In this document: positions 13,300 to 27,177 of the stretch, in pieces
Position numbering within the stretch: the stretch's first letter is position 1
Layout: each line of letters opens with the position of its first letter
Assembly: GCF_006345805.1 (NCBI RefSeq)
Contig: NC_043013.1
Coordinates: forward strand, 13,702,001-13,766,000
Direction: 5' to 3'
DNA: 64,000 nucleotides
Source: Octopus sinensis
Lineage: Eukaryota
Position numbers and translations under genes: made by a program
Notes under the pieces: model-generated
The model's input: the letters and a program-made list of their open reading frames with translations, nothing else
The model's database searches: none
What the model was told of the DNA's origin: nothing

Positions 13300-13880
13300 A
13301 AAACTCTCAGCTTATTTTGCTGGGTATGATGGAAAGTGTCGGCTGTTCACTGCAAGCAGACTCTGGTGACATTAGTTTACTGATCATGCTTCAAGAACCC
13401 TGCGGAGAACTCTTACAGCTGCAAGCAGTGCTGATTTTTGAGGGTATTTATATTTATATTTGTAGCAACCCTTTGCGCCATGCTGGTAGTTGAGTGTTGA
13501 TACTGCCAAGGGCGCCAATTACTATTGGTATCACGTCCACACTTTTCATTACCCACAACTTTCGTGTATCCAAAACACTCGTAGTTGTTCAATTTCTTTC
13601 TTTGTTCCTCTTTGTTCACCACAACAATGTCAAGTTTTTGACGTCTGATATGATGGTTACACCGAATCATTGCATCCGACAGGACTTTGCAGTCTTATAT
13701 CTAGGATTTGTTCATACTACGTCTTTGCTATTTTTAGGCCGTGAGTTCCACAGAGTTCCTACCAATGAAATTGTTAGAATGTCAGAAAAAATATTTTGCC
13801 TCTTTTGTTCAGGATTTTTATATTCTGATTTCAAATCTTGTCACAGTCAACTTTGTCTTTCATATTTTCAGGGCTGACAA
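13300..13880 (-). mobile_element. R4/Dong-like RLE domain fragment
   Basis: IRCNHHIRRQKLDIVVVNK resembles the D(H)xIxxRRPDIVV endonuclease motif. Confidence 0.7.
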
Positions 13881-13999
13881 AATAAAGTACTAGTCAGGTA
13901 CTGAAGTCGATGATACTAACTCTTATTTTCCTTGATGGTCTTGTGTGAACATTAGAAAGAATTTTTATTATCGCTATATGTTGAATTAGTAGGTTAACT

Positions 14000-14215
14000 A
14001 AGGCTGCAAGCTGGCAGAGTCATTAGCATGCTGGACAAAATGCTTAGCAGTATTTCACTCATCTTTACATTCTGTGTTCAAATTCTGCTGAGGTTGACTT
14101 TGGCTTTCATACTTTCAGAGTCGTTGAAAATAAGTGTCAGTTGAGCACTGGGGTCGATGTAATTGACTACACTGTCCTCCCAAATTTCAGGCCTTGTGCC
14201 CGTATTAGAAACAAT
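14000..14215 (+). mobile_element. SINE, second family
   Basis: aaggctgcaagctggcagag...aatgcttagc...gttcaaattctgc...ccaaatttcaggccttgtgcc, homologous to 26855-27045(-) and 58738-58960(+). Confidence 0.85.
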
Positions 14216-14229
14216 TATCTTTATTTAAA

Positions 14230-15150
14230 GGTATGCACAAATATATTGCATTTGAATATCAAGTCAGAACTGTTCATTTGGTATTGAGGACCTTTTGAGC
14301 AATCGTTGCAATTTCTAATATAACAGATTTCTGTATTAATCCAATTCTCGTATTATTTAAGAAACAACCAAGTTTATTGGTATCAGTACCTCGGGCGCCT
14401 ATAACTACTGGGATAACTTATGAAGAAACCCTCCAGAATTATTGAAAATCTTGGCATTTTCTTTTTGCTCTTCCGTTTTTTTTCTTTTTACAACTGGTAC
14501 ATTCAGACACAACAACACCTGGGATGACATACTCTTTGGAAACCTTATCTAGCACGATAATATCTGTTCGTCTTGCTTGAATTTCAGGATCAGCTTTTCC
14601 CATAATACCTTAAACTGTTCATTCTCTATCACACTGTCTGGTCGTTGTTGGTACGATGATTCTCCCCTTAATCCAAAGCCTCTTTGAAGTAATCGTGCCT
14701 GCATTTATACTCTTTCTGTGAAAAAGGAACTCCAGTACTTATTATCTGCAGAATTGACTCGCCATTTTCGTTACACATTCTGTACTAAACACTTTCCATG
14801 GTTCTGTTTATTCTTGCTTTAATGACATTCGTTTGTAAAGACTGGATTTGAGCAACCACAATGAGGCCTTCTATTTGTTCTTTGATCTCTCCATTATTCA
14901 ACCATAATCACGATTTATCTGCTGCAACATCCTGCCTTCGTCTGAAATGCTTACCATCTAACTCTTTTCAACAGTTGTTGCTCCTGTTTTCTTCTTTCCT
15001 TGTATTATTTCACAATCTGCAAAGTGTCTTCTCTCTTACTCTTCTATATCATATTCAGCCATCTCCTTGCTGTTTTCTATCAATAACTATCACTTCTATT
15101 TTGCCTGTTTGGAGCTTTTTTGATGATTTTCGGATGTGATCTTTATAATC
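14230..15150 (-). mobile_element. R4/Dong-like non-LTR fragment
   Basis: Minus strand gives QRPDSVIENEQFKVLWE and ARRTDIIVLDK. Confidence 0.7.
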
Positions 15151-15189
15151 CATTTACACTGTTCTCTCTTTCAGAGACGAAGAATTCTG

Positions 15190-15467
15190 TACATTATTTA
15201 CATTATTTACATTAGACGGTTATGTGTCCTCAGCTTGTTTGTTGTTATCAAAACGTTTCGGCTGATTTATTCCTCAGCCTTCATCAGGTGTCCTGGTGGA
15301 ATTTTAGTAACATCACCAACAAATACCTTAAGAATGAGAACTTAAGGTTGGGTCTAAAATTCCACTAGAACACCTGATGAAGGCTGGAGAGTAAATAAGC
15401 CGAAACGTTGTGGCAACAACAAACAACACGAGGACACATATCCGACTAATGTAAATAATGTAAATAA
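15190..15467. repeat. Inverted repeat (~115 bp arms) with a hammerhead motif in each arm
   Basis: 15190-15307 vs 15354-15467 are imperfect reverse complements. Confidence 0.9.
15371..15412 (+). ncRNA. Minimal type I hammerhead ribozyme motif (partner copy 15249-15290, minus)
   Basis: CAC-CTGATGA-a-GGCT-loop-AGCC-GAAAC-GTT-GTG. Stem I is CAC/GTG, stem II is GGCT/AGCC, and stem III is the palindromic AACGTT (dimer type). Confidence 0.75.
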
Positions 15468-15888
15468 TAATCCATCTATACTTATATAAACTGTGTTTCA
15501 TATTACATTTGATGATTTTATTTTCCTAAACATTTCTAAATTATGCCTAAAATAATATGTTAAGTGATTTTCACCGATATCATGAAAACTGAACCTTATA
15601 AAAGTAAAATAATTATAAACACTATTTCATATCTTTATTTGAAAGCAATAATAGCTATGTTCAGATTTCTACAACTAAACTGAAAATAAAAATATCTTTT
15701 CCCATTATATTTTCTGAGTCTATATCTGTGTGTAGTTGGATTTATAGATGTGGTTATTCTTTGTCTTTTGCACACTACAGTTACTTATATACATCCTCTT
15801 TCATATAAGCATATTGTTTAAACCTTGCTACTAACAGCTAAACATTCTAACTCCAAAACTTTTTCTGCATGTTTGTATTATTCTCTAG

Positions 15889-15941
15889 ATTGGAAGAGGT
15901 GGAGGACGAAGGCCGGTGGCAATGGCATCTTCTGCCAATTG
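15889..15941 (+). CDS. Host mini-exon A, 53 nt (IGRGGGRRPVAMASSAN if phase 0), older paralog of the C exons
   Basis: ttctctag|...TG|gtaagt. Flanks 15480-16250 are homologous to the flanks of the exons at 25284 and 56905, and it shares MAS with C1. Coding status is uncertain. Confidence 0.6.
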
Positions 15942-16619
15942 GTAAGTACACAAACATTTCCATATTACATTTATTCATCATATTTAAGGACACCACTAAA
16001 CCTCTAAATCTCTTCATATCTGATCCTTAGAGAATTTTAAGTATTGCTTTTATCCTTTAGTATTTGAACAATTTCAACAATAATAAAAGAAAGAATAAAC
16101 TATATTTACTCCACCATATTACTGGTATTTATATAAAGGGAAAGCGATGTTATTGAGTATTTTCCATGATGGAAAAATGAAAGAGAATCGACAGTTAAGA
16201 GATGATATCTGGCAAGTACTTAGTACAACAGTCTGTAAGTTCAGGTAACTTAGTCACCTTAGAAAAATTTAGAACATTAATAACCAAATTAAGATTAATG
16301 TTTTACGAAGTCTCTACACCAAGTGAAAGAATTAATATAAAACATACGGATTTTATTAATTGGCAGTGAATTTCTACCTACAATGCTATTTAATATTACG
16401 TCATTTCAATGATATTTGACGTATTTTATTGTGACAGAAAGTTTTAGTCGAATGAATCGATCCCAGATCTTATTCTGTTTTTAAGCGTGGTATTTATGCT
16501 ATCCGAAGGGTACTATTAATTAATATCCTAGAAACAGCTGTAAGACCTTTTATCTATAAATGCTCTAATATCTATGCAGCCTTGGTTATTTATCTTATTA
16601 CGCCAAAAATTCATGATAG

Positions 16620-16800
16620 ATCGTTAGCCACTACACACATTTTTATCTCCTTGTTTTTTTCTGTGTCCCTTTCTGTAGAAGAACGTAGGCTCGAAACGTA
16701 AAAGACTTTTTCTATTCCTGAGCGTTATACTAATACATCTGTTTGTTTTGTATACCACCTCTCTTCGTCCTTTGTTTTTTTCGAAAACTCTCCCTATATA
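16620..16800 (+). mobile_element. Short Penelope-like/retrozyme-like repeat with a degenerate hammerhead (16669-16704)
   Basis: CTTT-CTGtAGA-a-GAaC-gtag-GCTC-GAAAC-GTA-AAAG, followed by (TA)n. Related to 22590-22790, 34228-34405 and 35608-35790. Confidence 0.6.
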
Positions 16801-17299
16801 TATATATGGATTTCGTAGACAGAAACTTACAGAAATCAATCGTTTATATATGTATGTACATATGTAAGTGTATGTGTGTGACTTTGTTTCTGTGTTTCGC
16901 CCTCATCACTGCTTCACAACTGCTGTCCGTTTATTTACATCCCCATAACTTACTGGTTTCACAAGAAGAAACTAATAGAATAAGTACCAGGCTTATCAAC
17001 ATAAAAAAGCACAAGGCTCTCTCATATTTTTGTTTGCCCACTCAGTTGTATCTATCAATCTATTTTTGTGTGTATATACACGTTGCCCGTGTTACGTGTA
17101 ATTGAAGAATTAGACTTTTCTGTTATGTTTTCTGTAATGTTTCGAAATTCATTAAAATTGCAGATGAGGGTTATTTCCCTCTTTACACAACCTAAAAATA
17201 AATGTAACCGTACCACATGTATCCCATACTAATGATTTTTATGCGCTTATTCCAAGAGTCTAGTCTTATAGAACCTGTTAAAAGGATTTTGCTCCTGAA

Positions 17300-18690
17300 A
17301 AATGGAGGTCATGGAGCGCTCTAAAATATGAGAGTTAAGGCCCCTATTGGTGGGGGATGTCTTAATGTCAAGCAGAGAAGTTGAATTGTTGAGAATCTTT
17401 TTAACTTGGGTCTTATATCTATTGCTTGAATTTCTTTGAAATAGGAAATATATGTTCACTGGGTTTGTAAAATAGAGCAACGCTACAGGAAACCAAAAGA
17501 CGAATCATCACAATAAGCAGTCAGCTACCCTACTCCAGTCGTTACCACTCCCAATGTAATATTCCCAATGTAGTATTACAGCCGTAAGATGCATTACGAA
17601 TCTACAGTAATTGGAAGGGCGTGACCCAACTGAAATAAACATTAACAACTGTGTGACGTGAGGGCTAAGGAGAAATGAAAGTTGGAGTTTGCAAATGACC
17701 ACTGTACTGATACGTAACTGGATAGAATAAATTTACAATCTATAAATGTCTTTGAATAACCAGTCACTCATCTGGGAAGGCCTTGAAATCAATGTTACTA
17801 TCTGGGGACTATGTGTGACTCAGTGATACTAAAAAGACTGAAAGGAGGTCTGCAATCAAATAACTTTACTCAACACTTTGCAACTGAATCAGCGGAACCA
17901 AAGATGCCTCCCATTTTCTTGACAATTTATACACCACATTGCAGAAATCACAATCTAAGTGTATGCCAAAGCAAACTCTTACACTGTTGTATCATTGAAT
18001 TACAAATAATGCTCATCTTCTATGCTCGGGTGACCCTACAGCTTCCAAGAGTACAACTGTATTCGTCTTTGCTTAGATAAAATGATTAAATTGTGGGTAT
18101 TAAGTCCCCATTAATGGGTCTTTCTAACTTGCAAGAAGATGAAATTTTATAAATATTACTTCATTTGTATTTAATATCTGTGGTTAAAATTTCATCAGCA
18201 GCAAAAATGTATGAATTGTCATGGGGTTATGACCTTATGCATAGAATATAATTCCCAAATTTCGTAAAGATCCATTCAGTACTTTTGACCTAATTTTGGA
18301 TCATAAAAGAAATGACTAAAATTTGGGAGTTAAGGCCCTCAATATGGTGTCTTAGAATCCTCATATGAAGTGGAATCTTTGAGAATACTTCTTGATGTGT
18401 GTCAATTACTCATGGTTGAAATTTCATCAACATCGAAAATTTATGAATTTTCATGGGGGGTTCTGCCCCCTTTAAGCCATCTGAAATTCAAACCACACAT
18501 TGCATTATACCCGCCCTTATGCATTGAATCTAAGTTTCAAATATCATAAGGATCCATTCAGTAATTTTGGTCCATGAAATTGTATGAAACACTCAGCATT
18601 ACTCTTCTCTCTAGGCTTGGATTTTGTGTTCCAAATTTCATTATGTTCGGTGCAGCGGTTTTTGAATACACAAGTAACACGCGAACACAC
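17300..18690. mobile_element. Internally repeated non-autonomous element, possibly Helitron/Helentron-associated
   Basis: Blocks 17310-17420~18310-18410 and 18180-18300~18410-18575 recur. It ends with ccaaatttcat...cggtgcagcggttt, a motif typical of such elements. Confidence 0.4.
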
Positions 18691-19229
18691 ATAAAGACGT
18701 TGACGTTGATATAATAGATATGAATAATGTTGAAAAAAGCCTGCGAAACGCAGAACATAAACAAATGTGGCGTTAACAAAAAAAAAAGCACGAAGAAGTT
18801 CCAACAATAATAATCCAACAATGCAACACTCACGTACGAAATGAACTACTCCAAAGGCGAAGAAATTTGGAATGCCAGGAATGCGGTTCAAGTTCATTTT
18901 TATAGCCATAACCTCCACGAGATGCACGTGCATTTCGGTTTTCTTTTCAATAGTTTGCGACTGCTACCCACGACATTCAACGCAGCTGCATTTTGGCGTC
19001 CCGTTTCAGGAAAGTCTAAAGACTGCCTGTAATTTGGGTCTCAGCCATAAATCAGCATGTTTGGAATATTTACTCTTACATCACTGAAATATATTTAGAA
19101 TATAAAATTACATTTGAAAAAGATTGCGTTTCTTTTGCGATTCAGTGCACATTAGGAAATCGTAGATAGTGACCACACAGCAATGCCAAATAATATCATA
19201 AGCACTGGGAGTGTAAAATACGAAGTCAA

Positions 19230-20730
19230 ACGTAACGAAAAGGAAGAAAACAACGAAAGGCAACAAACCCAGGCCGTATGAATGTATAATGATGAGCTAT
19301 ATGCACGAAATCAGAACACCACAGACAAAAAATATGAACAGGAAGGAAAGCGAAACAAATCTAAAACCTTAAAAGAGTGATTATGATACTCTAAATATGA
19401 ATATAATCAAAGAATTGAAAGGCTCAGATCTCAGTATGGACAACTGACTGTAGCTCCCCAAAATTAAGATTGATTTTAAAGCCACATTAATAATAAATAA
19501 TAGGAAACTGGCCGTCACGGAACTAATACCCACAGAAACAAACGTCAGTATAATCAGGTTAAATGCTATAATATATCAAAGCTGGATACCCTCTCAAACC
19601 CATCCAAACAGGAGAATTACCACCTAAAAAAAATCCTGTGGATAAAGAATATCTAGAAAAAGATATAAAATAAAAGAAAGGATCTGTCAGTCCTTAAGGA
19701 AATTAGTAGACAATCAACACTACTAAGCAACAAGAACAGAAGTAAAATACTATGGAAATAGGAAATTCTAGAACAAAGTATACCTGGGATAAAAGAACAG
19801 CTAAAGCAAGATATCCTCGCCAAAGTCCAAAAAATCCGCCAGTATGAGATACGCCAACGTTTCTTTGAACAAAACAAACAGTTCTACTCCAATCTCAAAA
19901 GATTCTACCTAGAACTTGCCAAAAATAAAATAGAGATCAATGGAAAGAAATATGGTCGGTGAGAGAACAACCTAGGAAAAGGTCTGTCAAAGTAACAAAA
20001 ACAGCTCCTCTACAAATCTGGACTCCTATAACAACTGAAGAGGTCGGCAACCATGCACTACGAGGTCTCCAATTTCTGGTTGAAATATCAAACAGGAATA
20101 CAGAAAACGATGCCCGGGAAATTTGATGAAATACTAAAAGGAGACAATATTTGAAGGGCCCATGGAAGGGAAACATTTCCTGATTACCAAGTCCACTGAA
20201 ACGGGAAACCCACAAAATTACAAACCGATAACTTGTCTCGCTACAATTTACAAAACCTTTACTGCAGAGAATGGGCAAACATCTGGAAGATAACAACCTG
20301 TTTCTGAAACAGAAGAAGGGGTGCTGCAAAAGCATCAGCTACCTGCCAATAAAGCCATAACTGAAGACAGCCGACAAGAGAAGAATGGTCCAAGTATGAC
20401 TGGGATCGATTATCGAAAAGCTTTTGATAATATTCTATGACCAAAGTAACGACAATAATCGAAAGAGAGCCGTCCCCGTTAGAACAGTAATATTCCAGGG
20501 AGACACGATCTTTCCACTCTTTCTGCTTGGCACTGACACCTTTATCTGACGTGCTAAATAGAACTAGATATGGATACAACTTTTACGGGAAAACAATCGA
20601 CCAACTCTTGTATAAGGATGATCTAAAACTATACGCTACAAATGATAAACAGCTGGAAACAGTACAAGAGAGAGTACATGACTTTGCCAATGAAATAAAC
20701 ATGGAATTTGGCTTAGAAAAATGATAAAGT
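19230..20730 (+). mobile_element. Degenerate R4/Dong-like non-LTR retrotransposon (RT)
   Basis: IFQGDTI and LLYKDDLKLYA...MEFGLEK. Homologous to 39050-40920. Confidence 0.85.
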
Positions 20731-20956
20731 ATTAGCGAAAAACTGATGAAGAATTAGCGAGTCTCTGTGACTTATACATATACGTTTTTAGCTGTTGTTT
20801 ATTTCTATATATGGCTGTGCGCGCGCGCGTGCAAAATAGTGAGTTAAAAAGCGAAAAATGAAAACAAACGGGACAACGAACACAAAAATGTATTATAGCT
20901 TGACGCCCACTGAAAGGAGTAGGTATGACATTTCGATCATTTACACACACACACAC

Positions 20957-21033
<77 letters not shown>

Positions 21034-21100
21034 TAAATATATATATGTATATATATGTATATATTATAGATAATATATGCCTATATACATACTTACATTT

Positions 21101-21140
<40 letters not shown>

Positions 21141-21685
21141 GTATAAATGTAAGTATGTATGTATATATATATGCATATCTGGGCAGAGGACATCATAAAA
21201 CGTGTACAAAAATACGAAGCACGTGTACATGGAACACGAACTATTTTTTCGAACAACGAAAGACACAAATGGAAAACAAAACAAACATGAAGAACGACCG
21301 TTCATCAGTTGCTGGTTGTTTCTCTATTCTCGTATTTCGAGCATTTAACAACAATATACGCATTCGATAAAACAGTTGCTCCCGCAAAGCAAATTAAGTA
21401 GAATTTGGGATTTTGCGGAGGAACAAAATAGGTAACACAACCAGGACAGTGAAAAGAAACAGGAAGGGCTGTTGAGCCTAAACGAGGTTGTGGTGACGAA
21501 CGCGTAAATTAAGCTAGGACATGATACAAGCAAGAACACGTCTTCCTTGTTCCAGCTACAACGGAGAGAAAATAAGAAAGATGTCCGATGGTCACGCGGG
21601 AGCCACGTGAGCAAGGAAGAGTGAAGGAGAGAATAACAGAGTAATAGGATAGAACAGTGGGAGAAGAGCAGGTAAAATAATAATA

Positions 21686-21741
<56 letters not shown>

Positions 21742-21959
21742 TATATATATATATAAAAGTAAAAAGTAAAAAGAAACAAAGAAAATGCACACTGGGCATA
21801 AAAGTAATGGTTCTTTTTATTAGAACAAAGATACATATATATATATACAATTAAATGATTTGAGGGGAAATTAAGAAGTATAAAAATCCTTACCATGAGT
21901 CGTTATATAGTAGTTTTGGCAACCTAAGCAAGTAATGACATAGATTTGGTTTTCAGAGG

Positions 21960-22590
21960 CAAAGTGAAATGTGACTTTATCTTAAATATTTCACCTTGTT
22001 TGAAGTGAAATTCTGTACCCCCCAAAATGTGGAAGCATGTTCCCCAGTTAGGCCACCCCCATTTTCCACCTTTGGTTCCGTTGTTAAGGGATATAATCTT
22101 GCACCGGTTAAATTATGATAATTTTGTGTGAGTCCAAAATTTCGTTCATTGTTTATCCCCAGTGCGAATGGGTAAATTCTGGATGATGATGTTGAATGCC
22201 TCATTGTTTCTGGAGTTATATGTGGAGATGTATAGGAGTACATTTAAATTTGGTGTAGTATTTCGGTTAACTTCCCTTAAGGCTCGTATGTCTAATTCCT
22301 TTGAGGTACCATATTTTTGCTGTGATAATTGGTATATTTTAATTTCTAGATTACAAAATTCGCAATCAGTGGGGCAGCACGAGGTTCCACTGCAATTCCA
22401 CATTTTTCTTGATAGTAAACTGTATAGGACATGAAGTAGTTGTCCTGGAGGTTAAATTTCAGTGCAGGGATTGTGAAGCTGTGGCTGATGCGTCCTGGGA
22501 TCTCTTCTGGGTATTTTTCTAGCCAGAAGAGGATTGCTTTTATATCATAATGGTGTGGGTAACTAGTGCATAAATTCACCACATCCAAGC
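21960..22590 (-). mobile_element. Penelope-like element RT fragment
   Basis: DVVNLCTSYPH (DVxSLYTNIPH-like), LKFNLQDNYF and GIAVEPRAAP (GxAMGxxxAP-like). Confidence 0.8.
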
Positions 22591-22841
22591 CTTATTTTCC
22601 CTTTCTTCCTTTTCGCTTGAATTTTACACCATCTCCTGTTTCTGAAAAAGACCTTTGCTCGAAACGTAAAACACTTTTTCTTTCTTTCATTCTGTGAGCG
22701 TCTTATTAACAATTTGCGTGTGTCAAGTCCTCGCGATTATGTTTTACTTGTCCTTTTAGTCCGTCTTTTTTTAATTAGTTATATATATATAGGTACAACA
22801 AATTTGCCCATTTCTTTTTGCTGCATGGAAACACCTCTTTT

Positions 22842-22881
<40 letters not shown>

Positions 22882-22885
22882 TATG

Positions 22886-22963
<78 letters not shown>

Positions 22964-23417
22964 TGTGTGTGTGTGCATGTGTGTTTGTGTGTGTGTGTAT
23001 GAGAATAGAATAATTTCTAAGGTATAATTCCTGCTGTTCTTATTGTTTATCAATTGCTTCTGTTAAGTTTAATTTCTCCACCTTTTCTGCCATTTTCGGT
23101 ATATTTCTACTTGCTTCTCTTTGAAGAATTGCCTCTTTCTGAATTCTCTCTTAATTTCTTAGCTTCCTTTGATCTTTGTTTATCTCTCAACCTTCATCTC
23201 TAACTGAATCATTCTTTCTGTGCATAACTTTTCACCTGCCATATTATTCCTTAAAGCTGAGTTTCTTTTCCATTGCCTCGATTTCTTTCCATGTAATAAC
23301 ACAGCTTTTCTATTCGACGTTCACAGTTAAAGGATAAAGACTTAAATATTCATCTTTATACACATCATGACAATTAACTTTACTGACATGGAATTTTACC
23401 ATTTATTGATTTTGCAG

Positions 23418-23466
23418 ACTAGAACTTCAAGAAATGGCTGAGGTATCTGGTCAGAAAACCAAACAA
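23418..23466 (+). CDS. Host mini-exon B1, 49 nt, phase 2 to 0 (LELQEMAEVSGQKTKQ)
   Basis: ttttgcag|...CAA|gtaagc. Only one frame is open, and it joins C1 in frame. Confidence 0.75.
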
Positions 23467-23938
23467 GTAAGCTTTTTTTTTAATCTTAAAATATGCTTGA
23501 ATAGTTCTGAATTGTGATGGATTATTTCTTGAGAATTTCATCAAAGGATTTGCTTAAAACGAACGCTGTATATTCTGTTTATGAATAATTTCATATATAT
23601 TCTCACATTGATACGACTGGTTGCTATCTTTTATACTGGTAGACCAAGCTATTATTTTTCAGACTGGTAGAGCCATCTGCAATTTGTGAAGAAGGTAGAA
23701 CTCTATTGTATCTCTTTTTGGTAGATCCAGCTACTAAATTCTATATATTTACTCTAGGCTTCCATTTTGTTATATTATTACAGTCAGTGTAGTGGTTTTC
23801 ATTTTAATATCACTGGGGACAATTTTTAATATTAGAAAAACCAGCTTCTATATATCATATTATTAGAGATGGAAAGAATCATCGTATCATAAGTTAAACC
23901 AGTAGAGCCAGTTTCTAATTTCCCCATATATATATATG

Positions 23939-23977
<39 letters not shown>

Positions 23978-25283
23978 GCATATGTATATATATATATATA
24001 TGTATGCATATGTATATATATATATAAATATATATATATATATGTGTGTGTGTGTGTAACATATGGTATAATTATAAACAGGGCAAAGTTTAGGCATTTC
24101 TCCACAGATTGAAAAAAATATAATGAACAACCTTAATTGATTTTCAACCCTTGTTGCGTTCTCATCAGAGGCGTCTACATTATTCTGACAGTCTCCAGGG
24201 GAGCAAGCAGCCAAACTGTTTATATACTCAGCAAATGCAGCAGTTACTCTATGTAAGAGTCCCTAATTTGCATACCGAAAGTATTCGACACTATAAGCAC
24301 CCGCGGCAAGTAAATGGGTATGTATGTATGTATGTATGTATATATACATATATATACATAGATAATACACACAATCATATGTGCACACGAACGTGTGTGT
24401 GCGTGTGTGTGTGTGTATGTTTGTGTGTGTGCGTGTGTGCGTGCGTGCGTGTGTGTGTTACACCGATCACAGAACTTTTGGCTTTATAGAAGAGAGTGAA
24501 TGTTGACCTCAGAACATGGAGGAGATTACATGGGATCAAAATGACCTGCGTTCTGGTGGCGATGAAGTTGTTAAAAGCGTATTTGGCATCGTCTTATTTT
24601 TTGAAGCATTTCTTACGCAAGAATATATGTCCGTTCTTCAATTGGGAAAATGTAGAATTAATATGTACACGCTTAAATAAACTTACATTAAATGATATTT
24701 ATATGGTCATCATAATTTTAGAAAAAAACCTTCTATAACTTATAGAACTATTTAATGTCTTTACTGTTTTCCTTCTTTGAATTTTAGGCTTTTGGAAGTC
24801 TTTTGATGATTTCAGGATGTGAACTTTATAATTCATTTATATATATATATAAATTGTGTTTCATATTGCATCTGATGATATTATTTTCCTAAAGATTTTA
24901 TTTAATTATGCCTAAATTAGTAAGATATTAAAAGGATCTGCACTGATATCATAAATAGTGGACTTCATAAAAATAAAATAGTTGTAAATACGATTTCAGA
25001 CCTTCATTTGAATTCAATGATGCTAACCATGTTGAAATCTCTAAAACTAAATTGAAAATAAAACTGTTTATATTTTATCTGTAAATGGATTTTTCTGTGT
25101 CTATATCCGTGTGTAGTTGTTAGACTTTTAGATGTGGTTATTCTTTGCCTATTGCTTACTACTGTTACTTATATACCTCCTCCTTCAAACATATATTTTA
25201 CTTAAAACATGTTTTCTATACCTAGAAATACTAACCCAAACGTTTCTTTCAACAATTAACATTGTTTTTCCTCTTTTCTCTAG

Positions 25284-25339
25284 CCTGAAACAAGAGAAAC
25301 ACAAATTCAACCGCCTATGGCATCGACATCTTTTGATAT
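25284..25339 (+). CDS. Host mini-exon C1, 56 nt, phase 0 to 2 (PETRETQIQPPMASTSFD)
   Basis: Long pyrimidine tract ctcttttctctag|...AT|gtaagt. B1+C1 = 105 nt, which preserves frame. Confidence 0.75.
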
Positions 25340-26146
25340 GTAAGTAGACAGACATTTCCAGATAAACTTTTTTCATCATATCGAAAGACCCACTAAATAC
25401 CTACATATCTCGATATCTGATCCTTACAGAATGTACCAATCTCTCATCCACGTTGCACCTCCTATATTTATCACGTATAACTCGTTGCATGTAAATTTAT
25501 TTATATGTAATTTGATAAGTATTTTTATATAAATTTCATATTTCTTCTATATTTCTATGTATGTTTGATTTCATTCTTTATAACCTTGGGGAATTTTCAC
25601 GCCTGTACATGCATGATTTATGTTGATATGTATAAATATATATGATCCAACTACTTCGATTGAAATTTCTCATTTATGCGTTCAGGAATCTGTTTGACTT
25701 CCTAAGACTTGCGTTTAAAATTTTCTCTACTCTGTATTTTTTCGCGTAGGCTCTCTATGAGCACTCCGTAAATAACCCATACATTTTAAAACATACTTAC
25801 ATACTTAATATATATACATATACCCATATATGTGTGGGGGTATTTATTTATTATAGACTTTCTACTTACTCCTTCTCTCTCTTGTATTCCCAGCCTTTCT
25901 TCTTTCCCTTCATCCCTTCCCTATTTTTCTTTGTCGTTCTCTCACCCTGCAGTCTTTCCCCTCTGCCTGCTGCTGTCGCGTGACCAACTGTCAGTACCCC
26001 TTTTTCTTCCCTTCTTACATTGGTCCCGTAGCTGAACAGTCGCAAATTTTCTGTCGCTATGTTCACCATCCTTCAAGACATTTTCTAAGCGTTACCTCCT
26101 CTCCTCGGTCCCAAGGCCCTATTTTGTTTGCGAAGTAGAAAACATA

Positions 26147-26300
26147 TTTAAATGATTAAATGTTCACAAAATTCAATAGTATCAGAAAATGATCGGTTAA
26201 GAATGTAAAAAATGTGGATCAATATGTTTAAATGATTAAATGTTCACAAAATTCAATAATATCAGAAAATGATGGGCGAAGTATATAAAAAATGTGGATC
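26147..26300. repeat. ~80-bp tandem duplication
   Basis: tttaaatgattaaatgttcacaaaattcaata...aaaaatgtggatc occurs twice. Confidence 0.9.
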
Positions 26301-26854
26301 GCCAAAAGTTCAGTCATACTGAGTTATGAGAGAAACAAATAAAGAAAGAAGAGAGTAAGCAAAAGGGATTTTGTTACAGTTTCTTTCATCTTGCATGTGA
26401 TTCTTTTTACCGTCGCGTAGAGGGTTTTTCGCCTGTAACGGACTGCTTTGGAATCCGTGTATCTATAATCTTTTCTGTGAAAGGATATAATTTTTGATTC
26501 GTTATAATTCTTATTCTTATTCTTTCTGGAGACCAAGTTTGACATTCTGCCTGGTTGTCTTGCCTGTGGGGAATGGTCATGAAACGTTCCTGTTGTTTGA
26601 TTCTCTTACCGAGTCAGTCTGTTTATTTTCTTGAGGGTCCAGTTCTGATCGGAGGTAAAATTTCATTGGTCTAGTGATAGGTTATTGCATGGTGATTTGG
26701 AGTTGCGGTTTCGAAAGCCGAAAGGAAGTTACATGCCGATCGGTTGAGATACTCCAACAGACAAAGTAGATTAAATATGCTCTGTTATTTGTGTGTGTGT
26801 GTTAATATTTTTATTTATGAAAAATAGTAATGGTAGTAAAATAAGGTGATGATA

Positions 26855-27045
26855 ATAATCCTTTCTACTGTAGGCACACGGTCTCGAATTTGTGGGGAAC
26901 AGATTAGTCGGTTACACTGACTCCAGTGTCTTTACTGGTACTTAATTTATCGACCCTCAAAAGGATGAAAAGCAAAGTCGACTCGGTGGAATTTGAACTC
27001 CGAACGAAGCGACGCGCTAGCGATTCTGCCAGTTCGCCGCCTAAA
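26855..27045 (-). mobile_element. SINE, second family
   Basis: Reverse-complement homolog of 14000-14215. Confidence 0.85.
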
Positions 27046-27177
27046 AGATAATAATAAAAGAAAGTATACAAAAATGTTAAAATATGAAATTTAATAAAAA
27101 TGAAAATGACTAATAGTAAATAATTAATATTGATAAAAATTAATAATTATAAAACTTAAAATATTCAGGCTAAGATA

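Larger units (their letters stand above)
22590..25430 (+). repeat. Segmental duplication unit, copy 1 (contains exons B1 and C1)
   Basis: 22590-24545 matches 34228-36420, and 24625-25430 matches 56250-57050 at high identity. Confidence 0.95.

Noticed and set aside
23040-23300. K/E-rich coiled-coil-like reading on the minus strand of the duplicated flank
   Set aside because: Interrupted by stops in both copies, so likely old repeat debris.
15939-23420. Selenocysteine reading of the A/B1 junction UGA
   Set aside because: No SECIS or 3' UTR is visible, and the paralogous junction codon is Ile, not Cys.
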